Assembly (NCBI GenBank): GCA_044892525.1
Contig: CM097888.1
Location: 8,990,001-9,054,000, forward strand
Direction: 5' to 3'
Length of the DNA: 64,000 nt
DNA from: Schmidtea polychroa
Taxonomy: Eukaryota
Positions 13,770 to 28,340 of this stretch are shown here, in pieces. Each line of letters begins with the position of its first letter. Within the stretch, counting starts at the first letter, position 1. The position numbers were made by a program, and so were the translations under genes. The notes under the pieces were generated by a model, which did no database searches, was not told the origin of the DNA, and saw only the letters and a list, made by a program, of their open reading frames with translations.

Positions 13770-13851
13770 ATATATACTATAACGTCAGTGTATGATATCA
13801 CATTTTATCTTTTTCAAGACCAAACTATAAACAAATCCCTATGTTAATTAT

Positions 13852-14770
13852 TGTTGGGTTAATATCCGGGTCAAATATCTGAATAACAATAACAAAATAA
13901 CAATTCTCACACAATATAAACCTTTATTGATTATCACAATTGATTACACGAATTATAATAACATGATCGATTAAATACTCAAACTGGAAATTATACAGAG
14001 CTTATTACGACAATACATACTCGTTACGACACTCTACTCGTTTAATTCCCAATTACTGAACAATCACCAGCCGCTGATCTGACTCAATAGTTTGTCAAAT
14101 TGAATTGAATTTCCTTTGCTTTGACTTGAATTTATGCAGTATACTTTAAACTTTTATTATTGAACTCAATCATATCGCAACGTTTAGTTACAATATTTTC
14201 TCTTCTTTCCAATTTCTAATTTCTCTAATTCTGAATTATTTCTCGACTCTTTTTAGTCTTTCATTCTGCCACTAAATTTTCTCTGATTCCAATAACAAAA
14301 CCTTTGCTTTTATAGTCCGTACTTGTCCGACATTTGTGATAAATAATTTTTTTCAATTCTTATGTCTCTCCATAATTTGTACAGCTCCTGTGTTAATCAC
14401 CGACGTTCGGCACAAGCGAGATAATTTGACATTTTTTCCATTACTGCATTTTGCATTTTTTTTATTTCCCACGTTATCTAAATAAGTTTAGAGTCGCCGA
14501 TTTTGCTTCCATGTTTTGTTTTTATTTTTCTATTTCGGAATTCCTTTTTGCTTGTACTTAAGTTGTTGTTGTATTTTTTTTTGTTTTGTTATTCCTTCCT
14601 CATTTCTCAATTTTTTGCTGTTCTGTTTTCTTCTCCAAGTTTCAGAGTGCTATACCAATCACCCTATCGGTTTTCTCCCAAGTTATTCTTATTAATTTCT
14701 AAAGGTTAGCGAACTTAAGTTAGATCGAGGCAGACAAAGACAAGTGTTAGGTTAGAGAGAGTTATCTTGT
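13852..14770 (-). mobile_element. LTR-like/retroelement relic; related ends at about 30340-30390 and about 49560-49645
   Basis: Begins TGTTGGGTTA on the plus strand (ends TAACCCAACA on the minus strand; compare TAACCCAATA at about 49640). The motif acaatataaac(c/t)tttattgat.a.cacaattgattac is shared with about 30348-30385. The body is strongly strand-biased and purine-rich on the minus strand. The right boundary is uncertain. Confidence 0.4.
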
Positions 14771-15609
14771 GTAACTATTGTAAATACTAAATATCATTTT
14801 TAATTAAAAGTAAATAAATTTTCATCAACAACTTAAGAATTCGAAACAATATAGCCTATAATGATCTAGTTAGGGTTCCACAATCTTCTTAATAAGTGAA
14901 TCAAATTGTTAATCCAAAAAAACCAAAAACCGAAGCTTATTGGTGCATCCATTTATCCATTGAGTATAAGATTTGGCATCAATTGACTCTCACTCCTTCA
15001 CCTCATTCCTTGATACCGATTGCATGTGTACTATATAGATTTGCCTGAAAATATACTCTCATGTTGATATGCTAAGATTTATGGGAAATAATTCATATTC
15101 CAGACTCATATTACTAATCAACGTCATCAGCCAATCACGAGATCCAATACATTTTCGAATTGACCTTTCAAACTTATCATCGAATCTCAAGTATGATGCT
15201 CCTAAACTCGAATGCTTTCAAATGCTTTATTTTCACTCGTGATTGCAGATAACATTAGAATTGCGCGTTCAGTTGATTATTTATTCTGTTAAAGCAAGAT
15301 GGAACATTTTTGGAAGCAAATTATTGATTTTTTTCGGTCTATTTTTGTTGAAATGTAGAGATGTAAGCAAAATATATTTAATTTTTGTATTTTTTACGTT
15401 TTATAATTCATATTCATATTCATAATAATAATAAACATTAATATATATCATTGGATTGGTGTTTTGTTTGAATCTCACTAAGCTGGAGACCTTTCCAGTT
15501 GGCGTTTGTTGATATTTGGATACAATGATTAACCGATGGAACGGTAAGATTTCGTGAGATTCGACAATATTGGTAGGGTTTTTGGAAATTGCATTTTTGC
15601 ACCGGATAT

Positions 15610-15999
15610 ATTGGAGCAATAATTTATCAGGAAATTGTCATTATGGGAGACATAATATATCAGAAAATTATCATTATGGGAGCGATACTTTATCAGGAAA
15701 TTGTCATTATGGGAGCAAATATTTATCAGGAAATCATCATTATGAGAGCAATAATTTATCAGGAAATTGTCATTATGGGAGCAATAATTTATCAGGAAAT
15801 CATCATTATTGGAGCAATAATTTATCAGGAAATCATCATTATGGGAGCGATACTTTATCAGGAAATTGTCATTATGGGAGCAATAATTTATCAGGAAATT
15901 ATCATTATGGGAGCAATAATTTATCAGGAAATCATCATTATGGGAGCAATAATTTATCAGGAAATCATCATTATTGGAGCAATAATTTATCAGGAAATT
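15610..15999. repeat. 33-bp minisatellite, about 12 units (consensus ATGGGAGCAATAATTTATCAGGAAATCATCATT)
   Basis: Head-to-tail units with no spacers. They explain the three overlapping 11-aa-repeat ORFs at 15529-16086. Confidence 0.97.
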
Positions 16000-18900
16000 C
16001 GTAGCACCATTCCTAGTTTGAAATATTTGTTGAGTTTTCAAATAAATAAATATTAAAGTCGGTGTTTCTGATTCAACGTGTTCCAAACAATTCTCAACCT
16101 ATATTTGTATTCAAATTCGTATAATCTACAATTTACAAAACTCCGAATATCGCAATAAAATGTCTATTCAGACTATTCAATAATTTTCGCTGTGACCACT
16201 TTAGTTTTGTACTTTTTACAATAATAATTACCTCTTTTCGTTAATCCTTTGATTTAACTTCCGTTAATTCTATCTAAATCTAATAATCTTCGTTTTGTTC
16301 GACCCTACCTATCACCTAATCACCTTTATCTTTACCTCGCGGGCTTTATCATTTTTTCGTCGTTCAAGGAAATAATTAATTTCCCGTCTCCTTTATGATA
16401 ATCTTTATCCTTTTGCCCATTACTCATGCTGTCATGATAATGGTTTTCCAACATATTTGTTTACATCTGTTTTTGAACATCTTACATTTCGATAAATCCA
16501 TTTGTGCCACGATCTTCTCCATCATTTCATTTTTATTTACTCATTTTTCAAATTTAAATTCAATGATTTCTTGATTTTCAATTTTCCAATATTCCGTGGA
16601 TTAATTAATTACATGGAAATTATAATAATTTTATATTTAACAATATAATAATGAAGAGACCAAGGAATTGAATGTTAACGCCTTTAAATGAGTTGGTCAA
16701 GATTACAAAATGCCCTGTAATATGAAGTAGATAAGGACTCAGATAGTTTAGTTATCTTTTCGGTTGAAATGAGTGTTCAACTGGGCGACAGTCTTAAAAC
16801 TGGAAACGTTTAATTTCTTTACCTTGACTTCTTTATGAGCTATTCATCAATGTTTTATTCAAAAATTTTAAGCGTAAGATTTCTGTTATTGATGTAAAAT
16901 TATGTTTTTTAAATTTTTTTCACGGAGAAAATTATAATATTAATGTCCAAAAATATTTAACTGTCAAGATTACCGTTTGATTACAAAAGAAATAGGATAA
17001 AAGCGAAAAGTTTGAATAGATTAAAAATGAAAATGATTTTGAAAAGCAAAACAAGAAAGTCAGGGATGACAAAGAACAATTTGCAATTTCAACTAACAAC
17101 CTAATCCTTTCTAAGGATTCAGTTGAATGATTCATTATCAGTTCAAAGTCATAGAAAGTAAGTGCTTGGAAACAACGATGAAGATAACATTGCACCATAT
17201 ATTAATGAACAAAATTTGAAGGATAAGATATAAAAATCATTGAAATTTCTTAATTGAAAATTCTCCAGTTCTAAGTTTCAGTCATGTTTACTTTAGAGGA
17301 GTTACGCTGTTCTTGTCCATTTTGCTCATTAATAACTGCATAATAGAGCTTTCATATTTCTGATCTTTGATAAGTCAACAACTTTTTATATCTTAAACAG
17401 CCGCAATAATTTTTCTAATAATAGTAATAGGTATCTAGCTGTCATTCTTTTGGTATATTAAAAAAAATATTTTTTAGAAATATAATCACCTGCTCGAGAT
17501 CTAAATGTTTCCAAGCCATTATTGGATCATCTGCTAATCAGTATGGGAACACTAGCTCTTGATCAGTTATGAAGCCCCCTCAAAATATATTTCCTTTGAT
17601 ATATTTAAAATTTTCTTTGCTAATTTTCAAAACTTTTCCAGATCATATATTTTCAGTGGTGTCCGGATGGCTCATTCCCGGAATGTGCATCTCATTATCA
17701 ATGGCACATGACTGAAGTCGTCCGAGTTCAGCTCTTAACACATTAAGATTATAAATAAAATGTTATTAATAGTAAAATATAAAAATAATATCGAATTAGA
17801 ATATATTGGTATAAAATAAAAATAATAAACCTATAGAATGTACATTCCAATTATGAACCATCCAAGAACCCCTTTTTATATCATGGTTCGATCAGAGTCA
17901 AATTACTATACCAATATATTTCCGTATAGAACGAAGAAGCTTGGATAATATAGGCAAGTTTATTTGCGTTCTTAACATTGTCAAGAAAGTGAGCTTTTAG
18001 TCTGGGTACAAAATTGTCACAACTTTTGATATCATATTATGAAACATTATTAATATCGTTTTTTTCGAAAATTATTGATTTTTAAGTGCAAGATTGTGCG
18101 AGGAAGTGCTAATTAAGTTTACATGTAGACTATAATGTAGTAATATGAGCCACGTCAAAGTGCTGACTTTTAAGTGAATTATCGATTTTAGATGTGCAAA
18201 GGTGTAATAAAATGCAAAAATATTTTTTAATTTAAATTTCATCAAATTTTTGTTGATTCACGCTGAGGACTAGAGAATCGATTTCCAAGTGTTAGACTTT
18301 ACAGATTTTAAATTTGTATATCTTGTTTTAATCGGAAATGTATGTCCATAAGATAATTAAAAGATCTTTTCATAGAATATTAATTTTCGCTTTTTTCTAT
18401 TTTTTCCACCAACCAAGGCAACCAAAATGTAAACGAAATTATTTTTAGTTCAATATTTTTCATTCTTTGCCGAAAATGCGGGTTTCATTTTTGAATCGTC
18501 TAATCATTCAACTTGATAGTATGTACTAACGGAATTGTGTATTAAAATATACAAGTGTAAAGGAAATGGCAAACAATCAATAAAATCAAACAATAAAATA
18601 CGACAAGGTTGTTCTTAATTTACAAATACAAATTAATCAATGGAAAACCGAAACAGAAAAGCAAAATTGAAAAATCAATTATAATATCTTGACAGTTTGT
18701 CCGAGACAAAAAAATGGATCACAAGGGAAGTTTAAGTATAAAATATTTTAAAATTGAATTTCGCACAGCTAAAAGATAATAGAAAATCTAGCAAATATCT
18801 AAGAGAATGTCATGAAAATAAAAATAAGGAATTTAGATCCATTTAAAACGTCAAACGTTTCTTTTGTATTAGATATTGAGGAAACAAATCGCTCTGTTAC

Positions 18901-21607
18901 TAAATTAAATTTGCTAAAAACATATTCAAATTCTTATATCATATTTTCTTTTTAATACACCAGTGGGGCATTTCAGGAAGATTCGCATTTCTCTAGGATT
19001 CCACTTCCCTAATAGATATACTAATTTGTGTCTAAGCTTAATGACAATATGAGCTCGGATATTAATTATTCCGTGTTATACTAATTCTGTTTTTACAATA
19101 TTCCATTTATGGCTCATAAACATATTTCCGCATTACTTATTCAGTTTTTCTCTTATTTCTATATTTTTATAATCATATTTCCTGTTTCTATATCATTTAT
19201 TTCATAAGCATCATTCACATTCATTTTTAAATAAATTCAGAATTTCTTTAGAAAGTTTTAATGACGTTAGGAAACGCCCCTCTAGTCATATAAGCCTCCA
19301 CTACTTTGCAAATATTACCTAAACTACCATTTAGATTTACTATTTCTATTACAATTGTTTCACTTCTAGATCAAATATTTGCAGTACGTTTTCAAATGTT
19401 TTGAATAAATCGTATTCCAATATACACCATCAAACATCCGCATCGTTCCTTTTATTTATTTATGATTAAATGGTTATATTTAATGGGGCAAATTTTAGAA
19501 TTTTCTGATTTATTATTACAAATATCAGCGTATTTATTTCCCCTTGCATGTGACATATGAAAATTAATTTATTAAATAATTATTGTTATTATAAATATTC
19601 ATTACAAGTAAATCATTCACAATTTTATCGGAAATATTCAAAATTAAATTACATTCATTCACATTCACATGAATAAATATATTCAAAATCATTCAAATTC
19701 AAAAATATGTTAGACGTTTAAAACAAAAAATAAAAAGAAAGTAAAATAAATTTTCACATTGTTTTTATTTGACGGAGAATTGAAATATAATAAATAAAAA
19801 ATAAATAAAATTTAAACAAACCGTAATCGTGAAAGCTAGATAAGAAAGACAAGAAAATCGAAATTAATTACAAAAGTACTTAAAGAATTATTTCCTAAAA
19901 TAAGTTCAAAAACAAGCATTTTTACATTGGAGAAATGATTTTTGAATTGATGTTGAAACAGGTAAAAAAAGAGGAGCTTAAAGAGAAATGGATGACACAA
20001 AAGCCTTAAGAAAAACTAATTTTTAAAAATGTTTGTTGATTAGTTGGTATTTCAAAACATTGTTTTACTGGCAGAATCGTCTCGCCATTAAATTTCCCTA
20101 ATCGTTGAGTCCTTATTGGCATTTACAGCAAACATTTTAATTGTTTACAATTTATTTAACAATTTTGGAGCTGTGTTATATTATGTTTTGTAAATTGTAT
20201 TGTCAATAACTTTATATAGTTTTGGGAGTTTTATTTCGATTTGATACCAAAGAACACTATTAGAGTCAATATGAAATTATACAACTTATCACTATTGTTT
20301 TTATTAAAAATCAAACAAATATATTGCAAATAATATTACATATATTTAGTTCCTTGCTCCTATCTGTTGTTAAAATATTGGAGGAAATTGGTTTGGTTCG
20401 TTTTGTCTGTAAATCACTTGTACTCATCTCCGAAAGCAGCCATACATCAGAAACTTTGGAATCTGCGTGAATGTTCTGTTTAACACTGATGTTTAAAATG
20501 CTAATTTTTATGAGAGTAATTGCACTGGGAATTTTGATAATTTAATCTTAGGTGACCCTCTTCTCTGAAGGCTCAACAATGTTGAGTCAACATCTCTTTG
20601 GAAGAGTAACAGCATTTGAATACGAATTCTTTCCATTCATTTGATTAAATTTACTTGAAATTCATTGTTGATTTACTTTAAACTTTCATTTGATTTTTGT
20701 CAATTTGGAGATCTTTGTAATCTGTTTTAACAGAATATTTAATCTTATCCGAAAGACATTCAAAAATTGTAATACTAAAACAAAATGATTTTCAAATATA
20801 TATGATAATTTTTATTGAATATTAATAATATTCTGAGCGATGTCATGATTCAATTTCAACACACCACAAACAATAAAAAAATATTTAAATATTTATAAAT
20901 ACAACTCACATCTACTTATTTATTATTATTAGTTAAATTGCCATAATTTTGTGTTACATAAGGTAAATATTTGATCTATAGTCATAATGAAAATAAATGA
21001 AAGGATAAAAATTAATTAATTATAATATTAGCCAGAATATCAGACGAGGTTTCTCCCAATAAAAATCATTAGGCGGTTTATATTCGGACTAATACGGTAA
21101 TTAGATAAATGAAATTCATGTTTCGTAAGTGAGAAAAACAAAATATCAAGGAATAAGAAAACCCATATCTTAAAAGTATTTATTGTTTGAATAGAGTATA
21201 GTTGTAAAGTTAGTTATACCATTTGCCAGTCTATTTCGTGTTTTTGCCAATGAATTTCGTTTTTTCATAAATATAGATAAAAGTATTTCTTTTAAATATA
21301 TAATAAAAATTAAACAATTATATTTTGTTTTTAATATAATATTAAATTAATTATGTTGTTGCATTTTTTATTTTGAATTTCAGTATATCTTAATCATCGT
21401 TAAATAACCCATATGTCTGAAAATAGAAGAAATATTGAAAAAAACAAATCTGTAACTTATGATAAAATTGCTAATGCTTCTAGACAGAATTTAATTCGTT
21501 TTGTCTTCGAACAAGGCTCAGTGTTATAGATGCAGCTGCTATTGTTCAAATTAAATATTCAACTGCTTTGTCAATTGTTAAAAATTATAAAGAAAATAAT
21601 AGCTATG

Positions 21608-24197
21608 TGTTGTACCCGGTAATTTAGCGGCTTTTGACATTCGATTAGAAACAGGAACACTTTCATTAAAATAGGTTATTGAATCCGCAAACTTTTCTTG
21701 CCTATCACACAAAAATAATGATGATTTCTTCAATGCAATTTTCCCAATTTTATTCATGGCTTAATTAAACGTAAATAATAAATTGAATTAATCCACTACA
21801 AGTTTTATTTTAAATTCCAAAATTTTTAATTTGAAATACAAAAATTTACAGATCTAAGTAAAACAAAAAAATATATCATTCGATAAAAAATAAACAGATT
21901 TTTAAAAATATATAATTTAAAAAGCTTAACGATTTTATAAAGTTCGCGTAAGAATTTCAAATAGTCAATTACTAATAAATAAATGCAAAATAAACAAATT
22001 TAGGTTTTTATATTATTGTTAGGATTTGTTCCGTATTTCGCGAATTGTAATGGATGAGGGTGTTGGTCTATGAGAGCCAACACTAAAACTATTGGGAGCC
22101 GTATACAGTTACTCTTGATCATGATAACATGGCATCGAATTTGCTTTACTCTTCTGAGATTGATTAATAGAGCCTGATTGATAAGTAGAAGTATTAGCTG
22201 ATCGCACGAATTTTGATTGACTGTTATTGTGTTCTGTTTGGTCCTTAGTCGCTGGTGACCGCGCATTTATATATATAATATAATATCGTATAATATAATA
22301 TAATATAGTATAATAGGTATATAGATATTGTTAAGGCCGTGTAACGGCTCACTACATCAGCCCCACGGGAAGTCGCGGAGCGCACAGGGACTCAAGAATA
22401 GAGATTGATGAAAGATCTACTAGAAACAAGATGTAAGTCGAAAAGTAGTGACAATTTATCAAAGGTAGATAGTGTCTAAAAAGGAAATCGGCGATTGATG
22501 AATTAATTGATCACATGGAATAAAGTTAAGTGAATTTCAGCATCAGATGTGTCAAATTTTCATTGGAATAGACTCTGGCAAGTCTTGGAGGTTTGGAAAT
22601 GTCTTCCCCAATTTGGCGCACCCAAATCTTATCACTATGTTTCACATTTTTCGCGGTTCGCTGCTTGTCGGGTTTCGAAACAATTGAGCGAAGATTTAGT
22701 GGATTTGTTGTTGCTGAATGTGTATTCAATGTAGCTAAATTTTCATCGCGTTGGTAGTTTGTGATCATGGTACGCGCGATTTCGTTTGAGTCCGTGGCCG
22801 GTTCTACTGAAAGGTTTTCGTTCGACGTAGTTGAAATGGGTTCGACTGAGACTTTCTCTAAATCAGAGTGAAGTTTGTCCTCGTCCACGTCATCAGAAAT
22901 CATAAAAGCCGGTTTAAGTCGGCACAAATTTATATTTTGGGTAACACCGTTAATAACGATGTGAGCATTGTTATCCTTAATGTCGATCAATTTGTAAGGC
23001 CCCGAATATCTCGGTTTGAGACCTGAATCCGTAATATTACGAAGATAAACGTGAGTTGCATCCTTGAAGGACTTTGGGACGTACGGTGTATATGAGGAAG
23101 CATAAGAAAACTGTGGGTTGCTATCGATCGAAAGAAAATGATCTCTAGCCATATCTAATTCCTCAAAGGTAGGAGCGTTATCAAAATCAACTAATTCGTT
23201 AGGTAACGATGTTGAAGAACCGAAAAGTAACTGTGCCGGTGTAGTTCCGGTAGTCCTGGAGGGTGTGTTACGCCAACCAAGAAGGACAAAAGGTAAAGCT
23301 TTAGTCCAATTAAGTCTCGATGAAAGTATTCCAAGAGAGGTCTTCAAAGTACGGTGAAATCTTTCGATCATGCCGTTTGTCTGAGGATGGTAAGCAGTTG
23401 AACGGAGGTGTTGTATACCGAGCTTTTCAGTTAGCTGTTGAAATAACTGGGATTCAAACTGAGATCCCCTGTCTGTGATTATTGATTTCGGAACACCGTA
23501 TCTAGAAATCCAATGTTGCAAAATTGAATTTGCTACAATTTCAGCAGAAATGTTTTTCAGAGGAATAACTTCAATGCAATTTTCCCAATTTTATTCATGG
23601 CTTAATTAAACGTAAATAATAAATTGAATTAATCCACTACAAGTTTTATTTTAAATTCCAAAATTTTTAATTTGAAATACAAAAATTTACAGATCTAAGT
23701 AAAACAAAAAAATATATCATTCGATAAAAAATAAACAGATTTTTAAAAATATATAATTTAAAAAGCTTAACGATTTTATAAAGTTCGCGTAAGAATTTCA
23801 AATAGTCAATTACTAATAAATAAATGCAAAATAAACAAATTTAGGTTTTTATATTATTGTTAGGATTTGTTCCGTATTTCGCGAATTGTAATGGATGAGG
23901 GTGTTGGTCTATGAGAGCCAACACTAAAACTATTGGGAGCCGTATACAGTTACTCTTGATCATGATAACATGGCATCGAATTTGCTTTACTCTTCTGAGA
24001 TTGATTAATAGAGCCTGATTGATAAGTAGAAGTATTAGCTGATCGCACGAATTTTGATTGACTGTTATTGTGTTCTGTTTGGTCCTTAGTCGCTGGTGAC
24101 CGCGCATTTATATATATAATATAATATCGTATAATATAATATAATATAGTATAATAGGTATATAGATATTGTTAAGGCCGTGTAACGGCTCACTACA
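21608..24197 (-). mobile_element. Ty3/gypsy LTR retrotransposon, internally deleted (5' LTR 24197-23569 truncated, integrase fragment, 3' LTR 22356-21608)
   Basis: TG...CA termini (minus strand TGTAGTG...CAACA); 5-bp TSD CTATG at 21603-21607 and 24198-24202. The LTR segments 21728-22356 and 23569-24197 appear identical (offset 1841). Confidence 0.95.
22526..23575 (-). pseudogene. Gypsy integrase fragment (rve core plus GPY/F module), 5'-truncated
   Basis: IEVIPLKNISAEIVANSILQHWISRYGVPKSIITDRGSQF...STAYHPQTNGMIERFHRTLK...LKPRYSGPY. The first catalytic D, the zinc finger, gag, protease, RT and RNase H are absent. Confidence 0.93.
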
Positions 24198-25439
24198 CTA
24201 TGCACCAAAGAAAAAAGGCGGAAGCGTTAAGTCAGTTATTACGCAAGAAGTAAAACTATTTATAGAAAATGAAGCCTCATTAAATTCAGCAATTAGTAAA
24301 AAAGAGCTTAAATTAAAGACAGAAAGTCAAATTGAAACTGATTTTACAATTTCAATTTCTAGCATTAACAAATGCTTGCAGGAATTAGAGATTACGATGA
24401 AAATGGCTCATCGGGAGCTTGATATCGTTAATCATCCTGATAAAATTATATTACGAAAAAATTATGCATTGTGGTTCAATAATCATTTTAATAACGATTA
24501 TTCTCATGTAATTTTTATAGATGAATCTTTGTTTAATCGTTTAATCTAAGAGGTACTAGAGCAATTTTAAGAGTGCCAAGTATTAAAGGCAGATCAATTT
24601 CTTTGATTGCTAGCATGTCAATCAATGGCATGGTGATATATTTTGTGAATATTTAACAGAGTTATGTATTTATTTGAGAGATGTTGCTCATATATCAAAT
24701 GCATGCCTTATTCTAGATAATGCTAGAGTTCACAAGAGAGTTGATTTGGAAAGAATTACTTCTGAGTTTAATTTTGAATTTAATTTTCTTTTACCTTATT
24801 CTTACATGCTAAACCCAATTGAAAACGCATTTTCAAAAATTAAAAATGGGGTTAGATCACGCTTGCGCAGCGGGGTTACAGAAACACTTGCGAATATTAT
24901 GCTTGAAGAAACTAATAAAGTTACATCAAATGATTGCATTGGATTTTTTAATCATATTCAGCGTAATATTACAAATGCAGCTGCCGGATTAGAATATATA
25001 CATTATTAAATATATTTTTTAATTTTTTTAGTTATTGATTTTCTTATATTAATTATTTTTTGAGCTTATTATTTCAATTAAATTTCTTTTATTTCTGAGA
25101 AAACGAAATTCATTGGCAAAAACACGAAATAGACTGGCAAATTTTTAGCACACAGCGAAAGCTCGAAGGGAAGGTTATATAGAGATAAACAAAAAGAGAT
25201 CATTGAGCCATTAATTAAAAGTGTCGAAGATACCAAAATAATAAAATTAAATGATTATTAAAGTGAGGAAAATGAGTTGGTGGAAAATATATAGTATGTA
25301 GTTCAGGATTATGAGAAGTAGAACCAAGAGGAAGAAATAGAAAAGTGTAAAGGAAATGGCAAAAAATCAATATAATCAAACAATAAAATACGATAAGGTC
25401 CACTACTTCGATATCCTTAGAGGCGTCATGACTTCTTGC

Positions 25440-26270
25440 AGGCTCAAGCTTAACGAATGATGCTTACAAATGTCATTCTGTTACTTTAGCAGATTGTTAA
25501 TTTCATAAATTTTTCTAAAAACTGAATCAAGATTTTGTTATCAGTTCAAATCTATCATTGACAGAGTTATTAGCAGTATCAAGAACTCCAAAGTAAAAAT
25601 GCACTTTAAATTTTCGATAGGGTTCTTGATCAAATGATGTTGTTCTTTATATGAAAATTGCTTTTTATTAGAATTTGAACTCTTTCCGGTTAAAATTCCA
25701 CTGTAAAGTTAATTTTTTTAGGAAGCTCATAAGCGCCTACTAATGTACTACCAAATCGTCAATCGCCCCTTAAATTCTCTAATAGCAACTTAACATCTTC
25801 TATTTGTTGGATAGCAGAATGAATATTTAAATTTGATTCTGGGAACATTTTGCTAATTATATTAATTTCAAAAAAAATTGTAAATCTCGAAATTATATCA
25901 GTTAAACTTTGTGCCTCTGAACTGCCTGCTGTAGCATCATCAGAAATATCTACGAGGGCATCATATTTGTTTCTTAGCTGGTACTTAATTGTGCTACTTA
26001 ATTGTTTTACAGTTAGAGACTTTACATAAGCGTTGAGCTTGAGAAAAACAATTATATACACTACAAGACATCAAAATATTTTACCACCTTTATACAACAC
26101 TATACATCATCAGTAACCAAATTTATTGAAATCGCATTGCAAGGCACATATAAAACCAAAAGATCGATGTATAATCTTCTCTTTAGCAACCAATTTTTCT
26201 TTCCTTTCACGTAGCTGCTTAACATTCAACAGCATGTCGACGGTACGAAACTCTTAATGATGTCCTTAAT
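25440..26270 (-). mobile_element. hAT transposase relic (ZMYM1-like)
   Basis: ORF 25759-26061 (...NKYDALVDISDD...EAQSLTDIISRFTIFFEINII...AIQQIEDVKLLLENLRGD) follows the post-RW helical region of hAT transposases. It is disrupted by stops and deletions. Confidence 0.5.
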
Positions 26271-28340
26271 CTTAGTTGACCCACTTCTCTGAAGGCTCAA
26301 CAATGTTGAGTCAACATCTCTAAACATTTATTACTATCCATTAATTTTCTTATATCTACAAGCTAACGATAACCGTCAGTTGCTCAAAATGGATTATATC
26401 TGACATACAATCTAGTTATTGAAAAATATTTTTAAGTCAATGTAATATTTTTATGTTGTAAATTTTATATCGATAAATCTATATATTGTTGAGTTGGTTG
26501 ATTTGATTCATTAGAACACGAGTGGAATCATAAATAAATTCAAAAAATATTTAATCATTAATTTAAAAAATATTCAAATAATTTAATTCCAACATTTGCT
26601 AGCTCGATTTCTATTTCGACTATATTTTCAACCTTCATATGCGCCAGTTACCTACATTTGCTTTTCTAAAAATTTTGTTCAAAATTTTTAATATTCATAG
26701 TTCAATTTAAAATACTTTTTATCGTTTATAAACAATTGAATCCGCATAATAAATTTACAAATTAATTTAGTAAACTAGTTTAAATATTTAATCACGCAAT
26801 TTATTACAATTAATATTAAAACAACACATTTAATTATTATTTAGCTCAGAATAATTGTCAATATATGAATATTGTAATAAGTGAATAAAGCTGTGTGAGA
26901 ATGTAATTAAGATTATTAATTAAAGTGATTAATTATAATTATTGATCTTTTAATTAAAGATTAAGTAAATCTATGTTGCGCGTTGATGTTGTTTGTTGAA
27001 TTTTTTTATTTGTGCATTATTATATTGAAATATTTTTATCGTCAGATTTTTTAATTATGGATACTGCTAATTCAAAAAGCAGTGTTGCTACTTATGATTA
27101 TAGTAATCACAACAAAAAACAAAATATTATAATTAATTAATAACCAGACGTTTGGGACCTGTACAATATCCAAGGGTAATAATTCCTTTAACCATCTTGG
27201 GTTATTAATTAATAAGTTAATCTCGGACCCCTCGCCTTCCCTTTTTTAAACCAAAGACTAAGACCATAAAAGAAAAAATTTATTAACTCAATTCAATTTT
27301 CAAAATTGTCACAATAGTTGAACATTTTTGCACTTAACACTGATAAACCAATGGCCAATCGCCTTTTCTGATACGTTTATACTAACGATCAACTAGTAAT
27401 TCGTGTCATTTTAGTTTTCTTTTTATAAAGTTATTGAGAGGATAATTAAATATGGCATTTAGCAATTATTTTCGTATTTCGAAGCTAATTGTTAAAACAA
27501 ACAAATTTTATTGGCCCATTTTTTGCCTCTCGTTTTGATTATTTTATCATTAATCGTTCAACCAACTACAGCGTTATTTCATTTTAATTATTTTGTTATT
27601 TCGTTATTATTTTAGAGTAAGAACCCTCAATGAATTTTAATTATTATTTCTGGACTTGTCTGAGAATTTGGCGTTCAACCATACCCGTTTTCATCGATCA
27701 ATATCAATTTTGCACGTTTATTATTTTTGATATTTTTATTTATTTTAACTGTGCTTCTATTTTATTTTATGCCTTCCTATATTAACCCGAACAAACATAA
27801 AAGAATATTTGCTTTATAACTACAAAATACAGGACACAAATTGTACCTAATATATGTTTTATTTATATATGTAATTTTTGTTTACAATTATTACAATTAC
27901 ATCAGTAAATACAAATAAATATAAAGTTAGAAAACTGATAATATCCAAAATAAGAGATTTTTTTCTGAGAAATGTTATGTTGTGGAATGGTTGACTAATT
28001 CTGAAACATTTAGGAATGATTTTACATTATTTAACTCTTTATTATATATAAGTTCGCATGGGCCCGAGAGTTTCATATACCCCCCCCCCATTTCTATATT
28101 GTCTCCATTCAATTTTGAAACATTCAAATGACAAGATTTAAAATTTTATTAATGAATAATAGAAAAATTATCGCAAGATAATATTTTCTTCCTCAAACAC
28201 ATAATTGAACACTGAAAACTTTTTCAATGACTTTCGCAGTCCAGAAATAATTATCTATAGCGAGGCATAGATAGATTATTATTCTCATTGTTGATGGAGT
28301 CCCGGGATTCTTTTTTTTGTCGTGTCCAAGCGAACAGTCA

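Larger units (their letters stand above)
21221..25142 (+). mobile_element. Second IS630/Tc1 DD34E transposon, decayed and interrupted by a gypsy element
   Basis: TIRs of about 52 bp (ATTTGCCAGTCTATTTCGTGTTTTTGCCAATGAATTTCGTTTT) at 21221-21273 and 25091-25142. The transposase starts at ATG about 21413 (MSENRRNIEK...KENNSY), resumes at 24198 (YAPKKKGG...IFIDES) and continues at 24674-25009 (LILDNARVH...PYSYMLNPIE, D34E). Confidence 0.9.

Noticed and set aside
15610-15999. 33-bp repeats as a CRISPR array or as an LRR protein (SNNLSG)
   Set aside because: The units are head-to-tail with no unique spacers, there are no cas genes, and the context is eukaryotic. An 11-aa period does not fit LRR geometry.
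16650-18100. Exon-like GC-richer islands on both strands
   Set aside because: No consistent spliced frame could be built without stops and no motif was recognised. Possibly an old pseudogene.
22000-24107. Two identical 88-aa ORFs (22000-22266, 23841-24107)
   Set aside because: They lie inside the two LTR copies, so the identity reflects LTR duplication. No recognisable domain.
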